Positions 24,380 to 38,100 of a stretch of DNA of 64,000 nucleotides are shown here, piece by piece. Where the stretch lies: assembly GCF_018977255.1 (NCBI RefSeq), contig NW_024704742.1, positions 120,034,001 through 120,098,000 on the forward strand. Direction: 5' to 3'. Position numbers and translations under genes: made by a program. This DNA is from Callorhinchus milii. Its lineage: Eukaryota. The notes beneath the pieces are model-generated. The model saw nothing but the letters and a program-made list of their open reading frames with translations. It ran no database searches and was not told the origin of the DNA. Position 1 is the first letter of the stretch. Each line of letters starts with the position of its first letter.

Positions 24380-25871
24380 AATTGTCGAGACCCAGTTGCG
24401 ATATGCGATTGCTCTTGATGACCTGAAGCTCAACACGGAGTCAGTGCGGCATTTATTTAACAAGCTTTATTTCACATATATATATATATATATATGGGGT
24501 GCAGGGCAGTAGCAACGACTTTCTTCTAGTGCTGCTCCCTACTCTGCACACCAAATAGGTTAAAACATCTCATCTTTATACAGATCTCATTCAACAGTTC
24601 TGAGGAGACATTCTACATTGATTACTTTACAACGTCCTGTCTCGCAAGAGCTCTCGAGAAACATCACAAGGGTGTTAGATATGTTTTAGGTCAACATGAG
24701 ATAGTCACCTTATCTTTCAATAGGATCTGTTTTAGGTCAACATGAGATAGTCACCTTATCTTTCAATAGTCACCTTACCTTTCAATAGGTTGTTGTAAAG
24801 TTTTACAACAACATGCTTGATCTTACTTGCTCCTTTTGGCCTTTGATGCATTTGGCCTGCTTAATTGCTAACTTTGCACCAAAAGGCAGAATGTGCTGAA
24901 TTTGCCTTCCACAGAGTGATGATGGGAGTTTTGAGGGGAATGGGAACAGAGCCAGAGGAGAGGGACAGGTTGACGATGTCTGTGATATGTGGGGCAAGGA
25001 GGTGGAGCTGGGAGATAAGGAGTGGAGTGGGGATGGGGTCAAGGGAGCAGGTGGTGGGTTTCAGGGATAGGATGAGTTTGGTGACAGAGGGTGGGGAAAC
25101 GGGTACGAAAATGTGTAGGGGAGGATGGGTAGGAGTCGGAGTGTGGGAGGGAAGGGGTGGGTGGAAGTTTGAGGACTGTGACCGCGGAGCGGATTCTCTT
25201 GATTTTGGATTCAAGGAAATCCAGCATCTCCTCGCAATGAAGGTTGGAGGAGATGATCTGCGCGGGGTGGCGGGGGTGATGGAGGAGTCAGGATGTGGTG
25301 GAGAACAGAATCCTGGGGTTGTTCTTCGCCTCCAGGATTATCCTGGAGTAGAAGGACGACTTGGCCGAGGCTAGAGTGGAGCGGTAGGTTTTGAGGAGGT
25401 CCAGCCAGATTTGTCGGTGGACCGTTAGGCCAGATTTGAGGCAGGTGCGTTCAGCAGCCCGCACCTGGCTCATCAGTGAGCGAAGGTGGGTGGTGAACCA
25501 GGGGGAGGAGCGAGAGTAGGAGACAGTAAGGGAGGTGATGGGGGCAAGAGTGTCAAGTGTGGAAGAGAGGGTGTTGTGGAGGAAGGTGAGAGCAGAAGAG
25601 GGGTCAGTGAGGGTTGAAGGCCAGAGGTAGAGGAGTTCAGAGGACTCCAAAGCAGCGGTTAGGGATTGTGGGGGTAACTTCTTCCAGGGGTGGTAGAAGA
25701 TGGTGGTGGGTCTGATGGAGGTAGGGAGGTGGGTGGACGTGGTGAAGGAGATGAAGTGGTGATCAGAGACGGTCTTGTTGGTAATGGTGACATCCGAGAC
25801 ACTGAGGTGATCACCTAATCGAGTGGGTTGCCGTGAATGTGAGTGGCGGAGTTGATGTGGAGGGGGAGGTT

Positions 25872-26324
25872 TGTCGAACCCAGTTGTGATGTGCGATTGC
25901 TCTCGGAAGACCAGAAGCTCAACACTTAACAAGCTTTATTTCATATATATATATGAGGTGCAGCGAAGTAGCAACAACCGTACTCTCGTGTTGCTCCCAA
26001 CACTGCACACTCAATGGGAGAAAGCACCTCACCTTTATACAAATCCCATTGTGCCATGAGTCATTCGATAGTCACGATGTTGCTAAACGATATCAGAATG
26101 TGTACTGGTACCAGACATTCTGTCATCGAAAACCGGTTGCTACTGGGCAAAGCTAAAAATTACTGGGCAAAGCTCAAAACTGAGTCTGGACAAATTCAAA
26201 ATACTTGTTGCAAGCATTGCAATAACCTATTTAACCTTTCTTGCCCCTTTTGGCCTTGCATGCATAAGGCCTGCTTAATTGCTAACGTGCACGATTTACT
26301 AGAACGCTGCATTCGCTTTCCACA
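25872..26324 (-). mobile_element. ERV solo LTR with 4-bp TSD
   Basis: tgtcgaacccag...ttccaca with TSD GGTT (25868-25871 / 26325-26328). Same family as 5408-6065. Confidence 0.92.
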
Positions 26325-27126
26325 GGTTGAGGGAGGAGAAGTCCGAGGAGATGGAGCAGGAGCGGGTGAAGTGCAGGTTGAAGTCGCCCAGGATGATGAG
26401 GCGATCAGAGCAGAGGCAGAGAAAAGTTAGTAGGGTAGAAATATCGGAGATGAAGGTGGGAGAGGTTTTAGGGGGCCGGTAGAGGAGGACGATTTTGAGT
26501 GAGAGATGGGAGGGGTGGGAGAGGGTGAGGTGCTCAAAAGAGGGGAAAGAGCCAGAGGAGTAGGGGGATAGGGCAAATGGTGTCCTTGAGATAAGGGCTA
26601 TACCACCGCCATGGGATGTGGTGGGAGGTGTAGCCGGGTGGTGTGGCCTCCGTGAGGGGGAAGGTGTAGCTTGGGGTGAGCCAGGTTTCCGTTAAGGCCA
26701 TGATGTCAACACCTTCCCCATCAAAGATGAGATCGTTGATGACCAGGGCCTTATTACAGAGGGAGCAGACGTTTTGTAGTCCGATGTGGAGGGAGCGGTT
26801 GACAGAAGGGTGTATGGGGAGGGAGGGGGGTCCAGGTTGTGAGGCCGGGGTGGGGGGGATGAGGGAGGAGAGGGTGGCTCCCCGGGTCTGTGTCCGGGGT
26901 GGCTGGCAAGTGTGGTGGGGAATGGGGCAGTCGGTGTGGCTGCTGCTGGACAGCCAACGCTGGGTGCCACGGTGAGCCCGGCGGAGGATTCCCAGGCTGG
27001 ATCAGAGGGAGGTTGAGGGAGGGTCAAGTGGGGATAGAAGGCGAGAGGGACGGAGAGAGAGGAGGACAGTGCGGGAGAGATTCAGAAGGGGGAGGGTTTG
27101 GTGGGAGACAGGAGGGGGGAGGGAGG

Positions 27127-30100
27127 TGTTGAACCCAGGATGTAGTTGCTGTAGCTAGGATTAAATGAACACTCACAAACAGAGTTTGCTCAGAATTATT
27201 GTTTATTTAATACTTGCAGCAAGGAGAGGGAAAGTGAGAGGCAATACAATCGCACGTCTCTCAGAAGAGTCGGTACTCTCCCTCTACCAATGGGGCAGTC
27301 CCATTGGTTTACATACACAATTATTCGTGATTACTTTGTGCTTAACTTGTGTCTCAACCAATTCCTACTGTTGATTGACAAGCAACTATCTAGTAAATAT
27401 TCAATCATCACAAGCTTGATTATGTTTACAGACAGTACAAGGACACTGGTTCTGCTATAATCATCTACACTGTTGCTTAAAACAACTCGAATCTTATCAT
27501 AGTCTTAGACACTCTGTACTTCACATGATTTTTGTCCCTTTCTTAATGTAATATATATGTTTAATTATATGGGTCAGCACAATTTAGCAGTTTGTACGAT
27601 CTATATTCCCACACTCCTCCCTTTTATCCTTACTTAGGATAACTCAATTCCTTGTCTTATCTCACTTCTTCCTGGCTCTAAAAACGTAAGCTTCTTTGCA
27701 GTGTTCTTGGTACATTGTTGACAACAGGTTCTAAGTATTTTAATAAGTACATACAAAACAACAATGATTATAATTATTTCGAGTGAATACATTACTCCGG
27801 TCTTAATCCATCCACCTAATCCGTCAAATAGACCCGTAAACCAACCAAACAAACCCCAGCCTTGATCGTTATTAATGATTCCTGCAGCGTCTTTCCCTGT
27901 TTCATTAATTTAGTCAGTATAATTAGAAATTTGCCCCGAAAAATCATCAATTGTCATACAACATTCTGGTCTGATTAACTTACACACTCCTCCCGTAGAT
28001 GCAAGCACAAAATCTAAAGCCATACAATTTTGTAATGTCATAGCCCTAATTTCTTTCATTTCCTTATTAATCAATGCTAGTGCTGCAAATGTGGCATTAG
28101 CAAGTTTCGAAACATCAGCAGCCAATTCCTCAATCTGATCTGAGGCACACATCATTCCGTAATTGGGTAATAGTGCACCGAAGAACCGAGTCCATGTAGA
28201 CTGATGATGGGTAAAGAATGGATCAATTGATCGGCGCGTTCGGAGGCCCATCTCAGTAGGCATTTGTTTAGCCAATCGGATCATCGGTAAATAATGCCCT
28301 AAAGCACAGAGTCCCTGAAAGTCAGCAGGTAAGTAATTGTAAATTGTATCATTACAGATCCATTTAAAACTTTGTTGTGCTGAGGGAATAGTACTTCTGG
28401 GAAGTCGAATATGACACCATGTGTTGTACAGCTTGTTGCAAATTTGTTTTACAATTCAGGGGATGGGCAGAGAAATGTGAATTTTCAGTACTGTGTGCAT
28501 AGTCATAAACTTTCTTGCATAACTTGGCATTCAATTTTCCGAGAAAAACTGAGCCACTGGAGCTACTTATACATAAGTTATACAACCCAAGGACAACAGT
28601 GGCTTTGCCGACAGCCGGTGGTCTACCGCAGTCACGATTACATCCACCATGTACAAAAGGTTTATTGTTACACGTTATATGTATTGGCTGCGATTTAATA
28701 AGAGAACATTGAGTCCCATTTTCATCAATTCCCAACAGTTTTATCATACCACAAAGCTCACAATGCGTCAAAGGTATAGTCATCATAGGGAATCCCATGT
28801 GTCCTGACTGAGGAGACATTCCACAAACATAGTGATGTGAGTTATTTTTATGATCCACAAACGCTGAAACCATTTGAATAAACGTATTGTGAATTTTGAA
28901 GGGCTTAGGAGGAGATGAATCGGGTAGACTGGGAGAGTGAAAGATAAATTTGATTGGGAACAAATTGGCATCTGTGATTTGCAAATTGATAAGTTTCGAA
29001 TTATTAACTGCAGAGGTATAACCACTAGGAAACCCATCGCTGCTGGAGTCACCACTTTCATGAGAACCATTATTATCGTGTATAATAAATTCATCAGCAC
29101 CAGTTCTGTTTGGACGACAAAGGGATTGAGTAGTACAGTTAAATATAGCATGACAATAACAAAATTTAAAAGAATATACTAGTATACAAGTAATAGATCT
29201 ATTACAATTGTTAGATAAAGGGAATAACATTCAGTTAAATTGCTACACATAACGACAGTTGTTAACTGGTGTAGAAATGCTATAACATGAGGTAATCAAT
29301 CATACAATTAGCAGTGTTTGAGTAAGTACTGGACCCAACACCGAGAGATCTAACTATGAAAGAAAATAAAACAATACACATTAATAAACACCAAGTATGC
29401 GTCAACCATGACAGCACTAATTGAAGGATACAGAGGATGAACTGCGGCTGCGACCTGACTCTTGGCTCACGTCACTCTGCTCGCTGTCTGAGTCTGTTTC
29501 TTCCTTGTCCTTCAGTTTCGGCATGTCTACATCCTGCACCGGTACCTTTTTGCAGTGTGAGGCATGTACCATGTTGATTTTTCTTGTACTTAGACTGCAG
29601 TAAAGGTTGTTATTAATATTTGATTAGGTTCTTTCCAACGGGGAGAAAGTCCCATTTACGTTTGAACAACCTTCACATATACAAAATCTCCTGGCATAAG
29701 AGTGACAAGCTTCAGTTGAGGCCAGTTGTTGGAGCGCTTGTATCTGTTTAGAGAAACTGCATAAATATTTAGTGAGTTCAATACAATACGCAAGGATAGC
29801 ATCTTCCATATGATGAACATCATAATCAACCTTTTGTGGTATATCGAACATCATTGGCATACTGCGGCCGAAAACTATTTCATGTGGAGATAATTTGAGA
29901 GTTCGAGAGGTATGTGCCCGCATTTGCATGAGAGCAATAGGTAATACTTGTGGCCATTTAAGACCTGTTTCAGTAGTTAATTTTGCTAATTTTAATTTCA
30001 AAGTGCCGTTTGCTCTTTCCACGACTCCTGCTGATTGCGGATGATAGGAGCAGTGAAACCACTGATCAATTTTCAATACCTTGCAGACTTCCTTTACCAC

Positions 30101-32123
30101 TCGCCCAATAAAGTATGGACCATTATCACTTGACAATCGGAAAGGTACTCCAAACCTCGGAATGATTTCTTTAATCAAGTATATGGCCACAGTGGTAGCA
30201 TCATTGTGCCTGCAAGGCAAAGCTTCAATCCATTTAGAGAACATATCAACAACTACGAGAATATATTCAAGTCCCATTTCTTTGGGTAACTGAATAAAAT
30301 CCATCTGTAAATGTTGAAATGGACCCCGAGGTGGAGGATGAGCCGCCATGGCTACAGCTTAACCTTACCTGGGTTGTTCTTCTGGCAAATAACACAATTG
30401 GTGACGACTTGATTTAAATAAGGTGTTAGTCCTACAGCATACCAGGTTTTAGTTATCCAATTAAACATCGACACTCTTCCTTCATGTGTAAACTGATGGA
30501 CCAAATGAACAATCCATGGATATAGTATTTTGGGAAGTACATACCTTCCATCATTACTCACCCAAATTCCGTGATTATTAATATAACAATTGTCCTTTTT
30601 CCAACTAGACATTTCATCGGTAGAGGCTTGATACTGTAAAGTCCATACTTCATTTAGTCCATTTGAATTAAGACAATCGATATCCATTACACTTCAGTAC
30701 TACTAATCTTGATGGTAAAAGAATAGCTTTTAGTAAATTAAAAATATGCTTCCCATTTTTAATAGGCGATCCAGTAGAGGTGAGGTATCCTCTTTCTTCC
30801 CATAATCTGCCAAAATCATGACATACTGCAAAAGCGTATCTAGAGTCGGTATAAACATTTCATGTTTTCCCTTCTGATAAAACACACGCTCTTGTCAATG
30901 CAAATATTTGTGCTACTTGCGCAGATGTATTAGTTGGTAACTTATTACTTCCTACGATCTCAAAGTGTGTACATATAGCATAGGATGAGCATAACTTTCC
31001 ATTTGGGTTGTAACAAGCTGATCCATCCACATACCACTCATTGTCTGCATTAGTCAGTGGGGAATCCTGTAAGTCAGGTCTTGGTTTTGTTTCTAGATAA
31101 ATAACTTGTACACGGTTATGTGGTTCTCCTTCTGTTTCAATTGGTAATAATGTGGCTGGATTTAACGTATTGCACCGCTTAATTGTCAGGTTAAAATTTG
31201 ACAGTAAGCAACTTCGTATTTGCTAGATCTAGCACTGGTTAAATGTTGAGTTGCATGATTTAATAAACAAGCTTCCACCGCATGTGGAACATGTACTTCC
31301 ATTGGGTGATTTAAAGTGAATATTTCTGCTTGTATAACAGCATAATATGTTGCAGCAACAGCTTTAAGGTATCTCGGTAAAGTACGAGCTACTGGGTCAA
31401 AAGTTTAGTCGAAATGTAAGCAATAGGTCGCTGTTTTCCACAATGATCTTGGAAAAGTTTCTCATAGGTTGGTAACCCTAGTGCTGGCGCACTCTGTAGT
31501 GCCAATTTTAAATCATCAAAAGCTTTGTTTGCTGTTTCTGTCCACTGCAAAGGCTCTGGTGATTCTGGCTAAGATATATCCAATAGTGGTCTGGATAATG
31601 TAGCATATTCTGAAATCCACTGTCTACAATAGTTAGCCATTCCCAAAAAGTGCTTCATTTGTCTGATAGTATTAGGCATAGGAAAATTACAAATCTCTTG
31701 TATTCTTTTCTCACTAAGTGCTCTTGCAGCTTCGCACAATTGGTGTCCCAAATAAGTTAGTCAGACTTACCAATTGGAGTTTTTCCTTTGCGACTTTGTC
31801 CTTTTTCTGCAAGGGCTTTCAATAAGATTTTAGTATCAATTTCACATTCTTCTTCTGTGGGTGATGCTATCAGTAAATCATCCACATATTGTAGTAAACT
31901 TGACCCACCTGTTAATTTAACATTAGACAAGTCTTCTTTTAAACATTGTGAGAAAATTTTGGGACTCTCACAATATCCTTGAGGTATTCTTGTCCAAGTG
32001 TACTGTTCTCCTTTATAAGTAAATGCAAACAAATATTGAGATTCAACATGTATAGGGATTGAGAAAAATGCTGAACATAAATCGATTACTGAATAAAATT
32101 TCGTATCAGCTGGTATAGTAGTC
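27127..32123 (-). mobile_element. ERV-B: 3' half of an epsilon-like provirus (RT-RNase H-IN-env-3' LTR)
   Basis: LTR 27127-27613 and a PPT identical to that of ERV-A. env (RTRR, LQNCMALD, CKLIRPECC), IN 29624-30687, RT SVIDLCSAFFSIP...LLQYVDDLL. Confidence 0.93.
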
Positions 32124-35100
32124 TTGTGGAGGGAGGTGCCGGGAAGGCCGACGAGGAGAGAGTTCCCATAGTCCAGCCTTGAGGTAATAAAGGCGTAGTC
32201 CACAGTTTCAGCAGCGTGAGGGGTGAGGTAGTGCCTTAGTCTGGTGATGTTTCGGAAGTGATGGAAGGCGGTGCCAGTTGTGGCGCAGATATGAGGAAGA
32301 AAGGACAGCTCAGGGTCGAACAGAACGCTGAGGTTCCTGACTGGCTTTGAGAGGTGGAGAGTGCAGCCTTGGATGCTGATGGTGTCAGCGCCTGAGGTGC
32401 GGAGGCGCTGACGTGAGCCAATCAGGAGGGCCTCAGTTTTTCGCACGTTGAGCTGAAGAAAGTTGTCTCTCGTCCAGGACTCGATGTTGGACAGGCAACT
32501 GTCAGGACATCGGTGGTCGTGGAGTTGAGGGTAAAGGAGGAAAGGTAGAGTTGGGTGTCATCCACATACATGTGGAAGTTAACCCCATGTCTGCGGATGA
32601 TGTCACTGAGGGGGAGCATATAGAGGGTGAAGAGGAGGGGATCGAGGACAGAGCCCTGAGGGACGAGACAGTACAGGGGCTGGAGGAAAAGTCGTTTGTG
32701 GAAACAAAATGAAGACGGTGGGAGAGGTACGACCTAAACCACTCAAGGACAGGGCCTTGAAGGTTGAGGTGGGAGGACAAGCGGTGGAGGAGGATAGCGT
32801 GGTCGACCGTATCGAATGCTGCCGATAGGACGAGGAGGCAGAGGGAGCCCTGGTTGCAGATGGTCAAGATGTCATTGGTGACTTTGACCAGCGCGGTTTC
32901 TGTGCTATGGGCAACTCGGAAACCTGACTGAAGGGTTTCGAAGAATGCATGGGTGGAGAGGAAAGAGCGCAGCTGGGAGGCGACAACTCTTTCAAGGACC
33001 TTGGACAGGAAGGAGAGATTGGAGATGGGCCGGTAGCTTGATAGCTGCGACTCATAAGGGAGGGTTTTTCAAGGTGGGAGTGATGATGGGAGTTTTTAGG
33101 GGAATAGGAACAGAGCCAGAGGAGAGGGACAGGTTGATGATATCTGTGAGAAGTGGGGCAAGGAGGTGGAGCTGAGAGATGTGGAGTGGGGATGGGGTCA
33201 AGGGAGCAGGTGGTGGGTTTCAGGGACAGAATGAGTTTGGTGACAGAGGCTGGGGAAACGGGTTCGAAGGTGTGTGGGGGAGGATGGGTAGGAGTCGGAG
33301 TGTGGGAGGGAAGGGGTGGGGGGTGGGTGGAAGTTGGAGGGGGAGTGACCGCGGAGCGGATTCCCTTGATTTTGGATTCAAGGAAATCCAGCATCTCCTC
33401 GCAGTGAAGGTTGGCGGGGAGGACGGAGGAGTCGGGATGTGGTAGAAAACAGAAGCCTGAAGTTGTTCTTCACCTCCAGGATTATCCTGGAGTAGAAGGA
33501 CGACTTGGCCGAGGCTAGAGTGGAGCGGTAGATTTTGAGGAGGTCCAGCCAGATTGGTCGGTGGACCATTAGGCCAAATTTGAAGCAGGTGCGTTCAGCT
33601 GCCCGCACCTGGTTCTTCAGTGAGCAGAGGTGGTGGTGAACCAGGGGGAGGAGCGAGAGTAGGAGACAGTACGGGAGGTGATGGGGGCAAGAGTGTCGAG
33701 TGTGGAGGAGAGGGTGTTGTGGAGGAGGGTGAGAGGAGAAGAGGGGTCAGTGAGGGTTGAAGGCCAGAGGGAGAGGAGTTCAGAGGACTCCAAGGCAGCG
33801 GTTAGGGATTGTGGGGGTAACTTCTTCCAGGGGCGGTAGAAGATGGTGGGTGGTCTGGTGGAGGTGGGGAGGGGGGTGGAGGTGGTGAAGGAGATGAAGT
33901 GGTGATCGGAGACGGCCTTGTCGGTAATGGTGACATCCGAGACACTGAGGCTCCGGGTGATCACCAAATCGAGTGTGTGACTGTGAGTGGCGGAGTTGAT
34001 GTGGAGGGAGAGGTTGAGCGAGGAGAGCAGGGAGGAGAAGTCCGAGGAGATGGAGCAGGAGGGGGTGAAGTGCAGGTTGAAGTCGCCCAGGATGATGAGG
34101 CGATCAGGGCAGAGAGATGTGAGAAGTGTTGAGATATCAGAGATGAAGGTGGGAGAGGTTTTAGGGGCCGGTAGAGGAGGAGGATTTTAAGTGAGAGGAA
34201 GGAAGGGTGGGAGAGGGTGAGGTGCTCAAAAGAGGGGAAAGAGCCAGAGGAGTAGGGGGATAGGGCAAGTGGTGTCCTTGAGATAAGGGCAACACCACCG
34301 CCACGGCGGTTGGGGCGAGGGATGTGGTGGGAGGTGTAGCCGGGTGGTGTGGCCTCCGTGAGGGGGAAGGTGTCGCCTGGGGTGAGCCAGGTTTCCGTTA
34401 AGGCCATGATGTCAATGCTCTCATCAAGGATGAGATCGTTGATGACCAGGGCCTTGTTACAGAGGGAGCGGACGTTTTGTAGTCCGATGTGGAGGGAGCG
34501 GTTGACAGAAGGGTGTGTGGGAGGGGAGGGGGTCCAGGTTGTGAGGCAGGGGTGGGGGAAATGGGGATAAGGGAGGAGAGGTTGGCTCCCCGGGTCTGTG
34601 TCCGGGGTGGCTGGCGAGTGTGGTGGGAAATGGGGCAGTCGGTGTGGCTGCTGTTGGACAGCCAACGGGGAGTGCCACGGTGAGCCCGGCGGAGGATTCC
34701 CAGGCTGGAACAGAGGGAGGTTGTGGGAGGGTCAAGTGGGGATACAAGACGAGAGGGACGGAGAGAGAGAACAGAGCGGGAGAGATGTAGAAGGGGGAGG
34801 GTTTGGGGGGAGAGGGGAGGGAGAGGGTGCGGGGGCTCAGATCAGAGCAGCAGCCACAATGCGCACGCGGGGACCGGGAGCAAGCGGTCAGGTGGATGGC
34901 ATTAGCCCATAGGATGGGGCTGGGGCAGCCAAACCAACAGGACCATGGTGGGCCCTGATGCGAGCCCCGGGGGGCGCAGATCCTGAAACTAAACTATGAC
35001 GTCAGTGGTTCCCCCGCTCCGCGCCCCCCCCCCCCACACCCCAGCTGAACTCCCTGCCGCCTCGTGCTTTATACTACCTGAGAAGGTAGGCCCAGACTCC

Positions 35101-35128
35101 TCCCCGCGCTGTCCTGCCGCTGCTCCCC
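32124..35128 (-). mobile_element. L2 family A, 5' end intact, 3'-truncated
   Basis: Endonuclease 33961-34665 and RT fragments. Ends at TSLHK, fused to ERV-B RT. Confidence 0.92.
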
Positions 35129-38100
35129 TTACTTAAAGCGTACTTAATGAAGCCGTGAAGTAAATTACCAAACCAACCTCCAACATTAGGTATCCAGTCA
35201 AAAACTGGTTCTTCTGCGACAGCATGAAGAACTTTAATATTGGAATTGATGATAGCGATGTCAGTCTCGATCTGTTTTTGTAAGTTAACATAAAAACAGC
35301 ATGATTCATTGACAGCTACACAGACACCTCCTTGGGAAGCCAGCATAAAATCTAAGGCCATTCGATTCTGGGTGACAACTTTAGAGAGAGAATACATTTC
35401 AGATTGGAGAGCCTGTATTGCATTTTCAATTTGTTCCATGGTGGCTGATATATTGACAATAGCTTTTTCTAATTCGGGCATCCGAAGCCATGGGAGAAAT
35501 CCACAAACTAATTGGTGGAAACCCGTCCCTCGTATGACTAAAGGGTTTTCAATATTCCTTTTATGACGAGCGATAGGAAAATGATTGTATTATCTGTGCA
35601 TGAAGTGTTTTTACCCCATAAGCCTCAGGTACAATGTACCCAACTGTACAAGTACCGGCCCAATCCAGGGAAAGAGATTTGTAAGCTTTATTACCGCAGA
35701 GCCAAAACAAACCAGATCGAAGTAAGGTAGGGTATCCTGTAGTATTGCTAGCAACAAGTTGCATGGCGGTCAGGAGAGGGCCTCAGGTAATGTTACAAGG
35801 ATCGGGAGATGGACAAGGGGAAGTGATAGCATTAGTGAGAAGGAAACAATTACAATTAAAACTGCCCCCTTTTTCAGAATTCCAAGTATAATTAAAGTTA
35901 ATACCAAATGACGTGAAGAATAATTATGAGCCATTATGGCGTGTAGTAAAGGGGTGACCAGAATAAGATGGGGCTACCAAAGTGCTACACGTAAAACCTA
36001 ATGTGTATTGACAGGAGGGACTTGGCATGGAGTCTACATCAATACCATTGCCAGTGTCATTGCGCCGCACACAAAGGTACGCGCCTCCTTTAATAACTAC
36101 TGAAGTTGGTTGGCGTCTATGAGCAGAGATACAGGGAAGTGAACTTGTCAAGTTCTTTTCATACCAAGAGTTGTTTGCCAGCCAGTGTAGTTCAGAGGAT
36201 AAGGCAGTCTGAGGGGAGAGTGCGCATACCCAACAGTCTCTCTCATTTCCCTGGGTTACATGCGTTCAACAACTGAATTAGTCTTCCAGGTACTAGCAAA
36301 TCCCAACAAAACACAAAGTAATATACACTTATACATTGTAATTAATTAAACAGTTCAATTGGTAAAAGGAGCTGGCTTGACGTGCGTAGTGTGTATCCAA
36401 GACAGCCTCCCTTCAAGCTTTACGGCAGTATGCATTGTCAACAGGACAAGGTATGGTGCTTCCCACCGGGGCGCCAGGCAATTTTTTCTCCAGAAAACCT
36501 TCGCGTAGACATGATCGCCGGGTTGGTACTCATGGCAGGCATCTTCAGTCGGTCTCTGTTGTGCAGCTACTACCTGAGAATGGAACATTCTAAAAGATTT
36601 AGTTAATGCCATGCAGTAGGCTAACAGAGTTTCGTCCATGGCGTGCAGATCTGTTAAGCGATTTGGACTCGAACGCATAAGCATTAAGACAATCGGCAGG
36701 GCATGTGGCCATTTCGTACCTGTTTCAGCACATAGCTTCGCAAGCTTATTCTTCAATGATCCATTGTGTCGTTCCACAGCACCTGTAGACTGTGGGTGGT
36801 CGGGGCAAGAGAGATGATGTTTACAGTGTAAAGCTTTAAGTAATTCCTCAACCACCTTTTGCTACTGTAACAGCATCGCTTCTAGTGGGGTATGCTTCTA
36901 CCCATTGTGAAAATACATCTAAAATCACTAACACATATGTAAAACCCAAACATTTAGGCATTGTAATAAAATCCATCTGTAAATGTACAAAGGGTCCCCA
37001 AGGCTGCGGCTGTGATGCAGGCTGCACAGTCGTAGTCTTGCCCACATTATGTTTGTTACATTCAACACACTGCGTACTTATTTTCTCAGCTATAGTAGCA
37101 AATCCAGGTGCATACCAGGATTGTTAATAATACTTAACATCCCCCCTTTGCCCGCATGTGTAGAAGTATGACACATGTGAGCAAGTCAGGGCAACAGACA
37201 CTTTGGGGCAACCACGCGGTCATCGTGGGAGACCCAGAGACCTGTTTCGAGCTGGGAGCATCCTGCAGCCTTCCAGAGAGCAACCTCCTCAGTGGGAGAC
37301 TCAGCCTGGGATTGGAGGAGAGGTGACGAGGGAGAAGGGGTAGGATTCGTTTTAGCAACACACAATTTTACCACAACCCCAGCTTGGCCATGTGCAGCCG
37401 CTTTTGCAGCACAGTCAGCTCGGGCAGTACCAAGAGAGATATCATCAGAACCCGTAGTGTGAGCGGATCACTTAACAATAGCAACAGAAGGGGGTAATTG
37501 GATAGCACGCAAAAAGTTAAAATTAACTGTCCATGTTTGACGGTGGTTCCAGCGGAGGTGAGGAACCCATGAGATTCCCATATTGTAGCGAAATCATGAG
37601 CCACTCCAAAGGCGTATTGTGAGTCAGTATAAGTGTTGACTGTTTGTCCGTGTGCAAGACTGCAGGCACGGGTCAGGGTGAATAGTTCGGCAGCTTGAGC
37701 AGAGCAGGTGGACGGTAACCTTGCGGATTTGAGAGTGTCAGAAGAAGTACAAACAGAATAACCAGTTTAGATTTCCCCAAGGCTGGAACGAGAGCAGGAG
37801 CCGTCAGCAAATAAAATCAGAGATGGGTTGGTAAGTGGGAAGTCTTAAAAAAACGGTTTGCCGAGACTGCAGGCATGTTTATCAGCATAATCAATGTCAG
37901 TGCCCTGTGTGTCGTAGTAAGCAGTACAGTGGAGTTGGTGGTGCCACCTGTGGGGCTGAAAGGGAGCAGACGGTAAGTGCGGAAGCAGTGTAGGCACAGT
38001 GAATAGAGTTTGGAACTTACCCAAGATGGGTGTTGAGAAAGACGGACTCACGAGTTTCCACCACCAAACAGGCGGGCTGGAGGCCCCTGATGTTTCTTGA

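Larger units (their letters stand above)
20088..24913 (-). mobile_element. ERV-A: epsilon-like provirus with both LTRs, internally deleted (leader, gag stub, IN, env)
   Basis: Near-identical LTRs at 20088-20565 and 24383-24913, TSD GAGT, PPT 20566-20580, PBS-Gln 24362-24379. No PR/RT/RNase H sequence. Confidence 0.95.
18670..27126 (-). mobile_element. L2 family A copy split by ERV-A (20088-24913) and a solo LTR (25872-26324)
   Basis: L2 sequence is collinear across both insertions. RT 18665-20015, endonuclease remnant 26325-26800. Confidence 0.92.
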
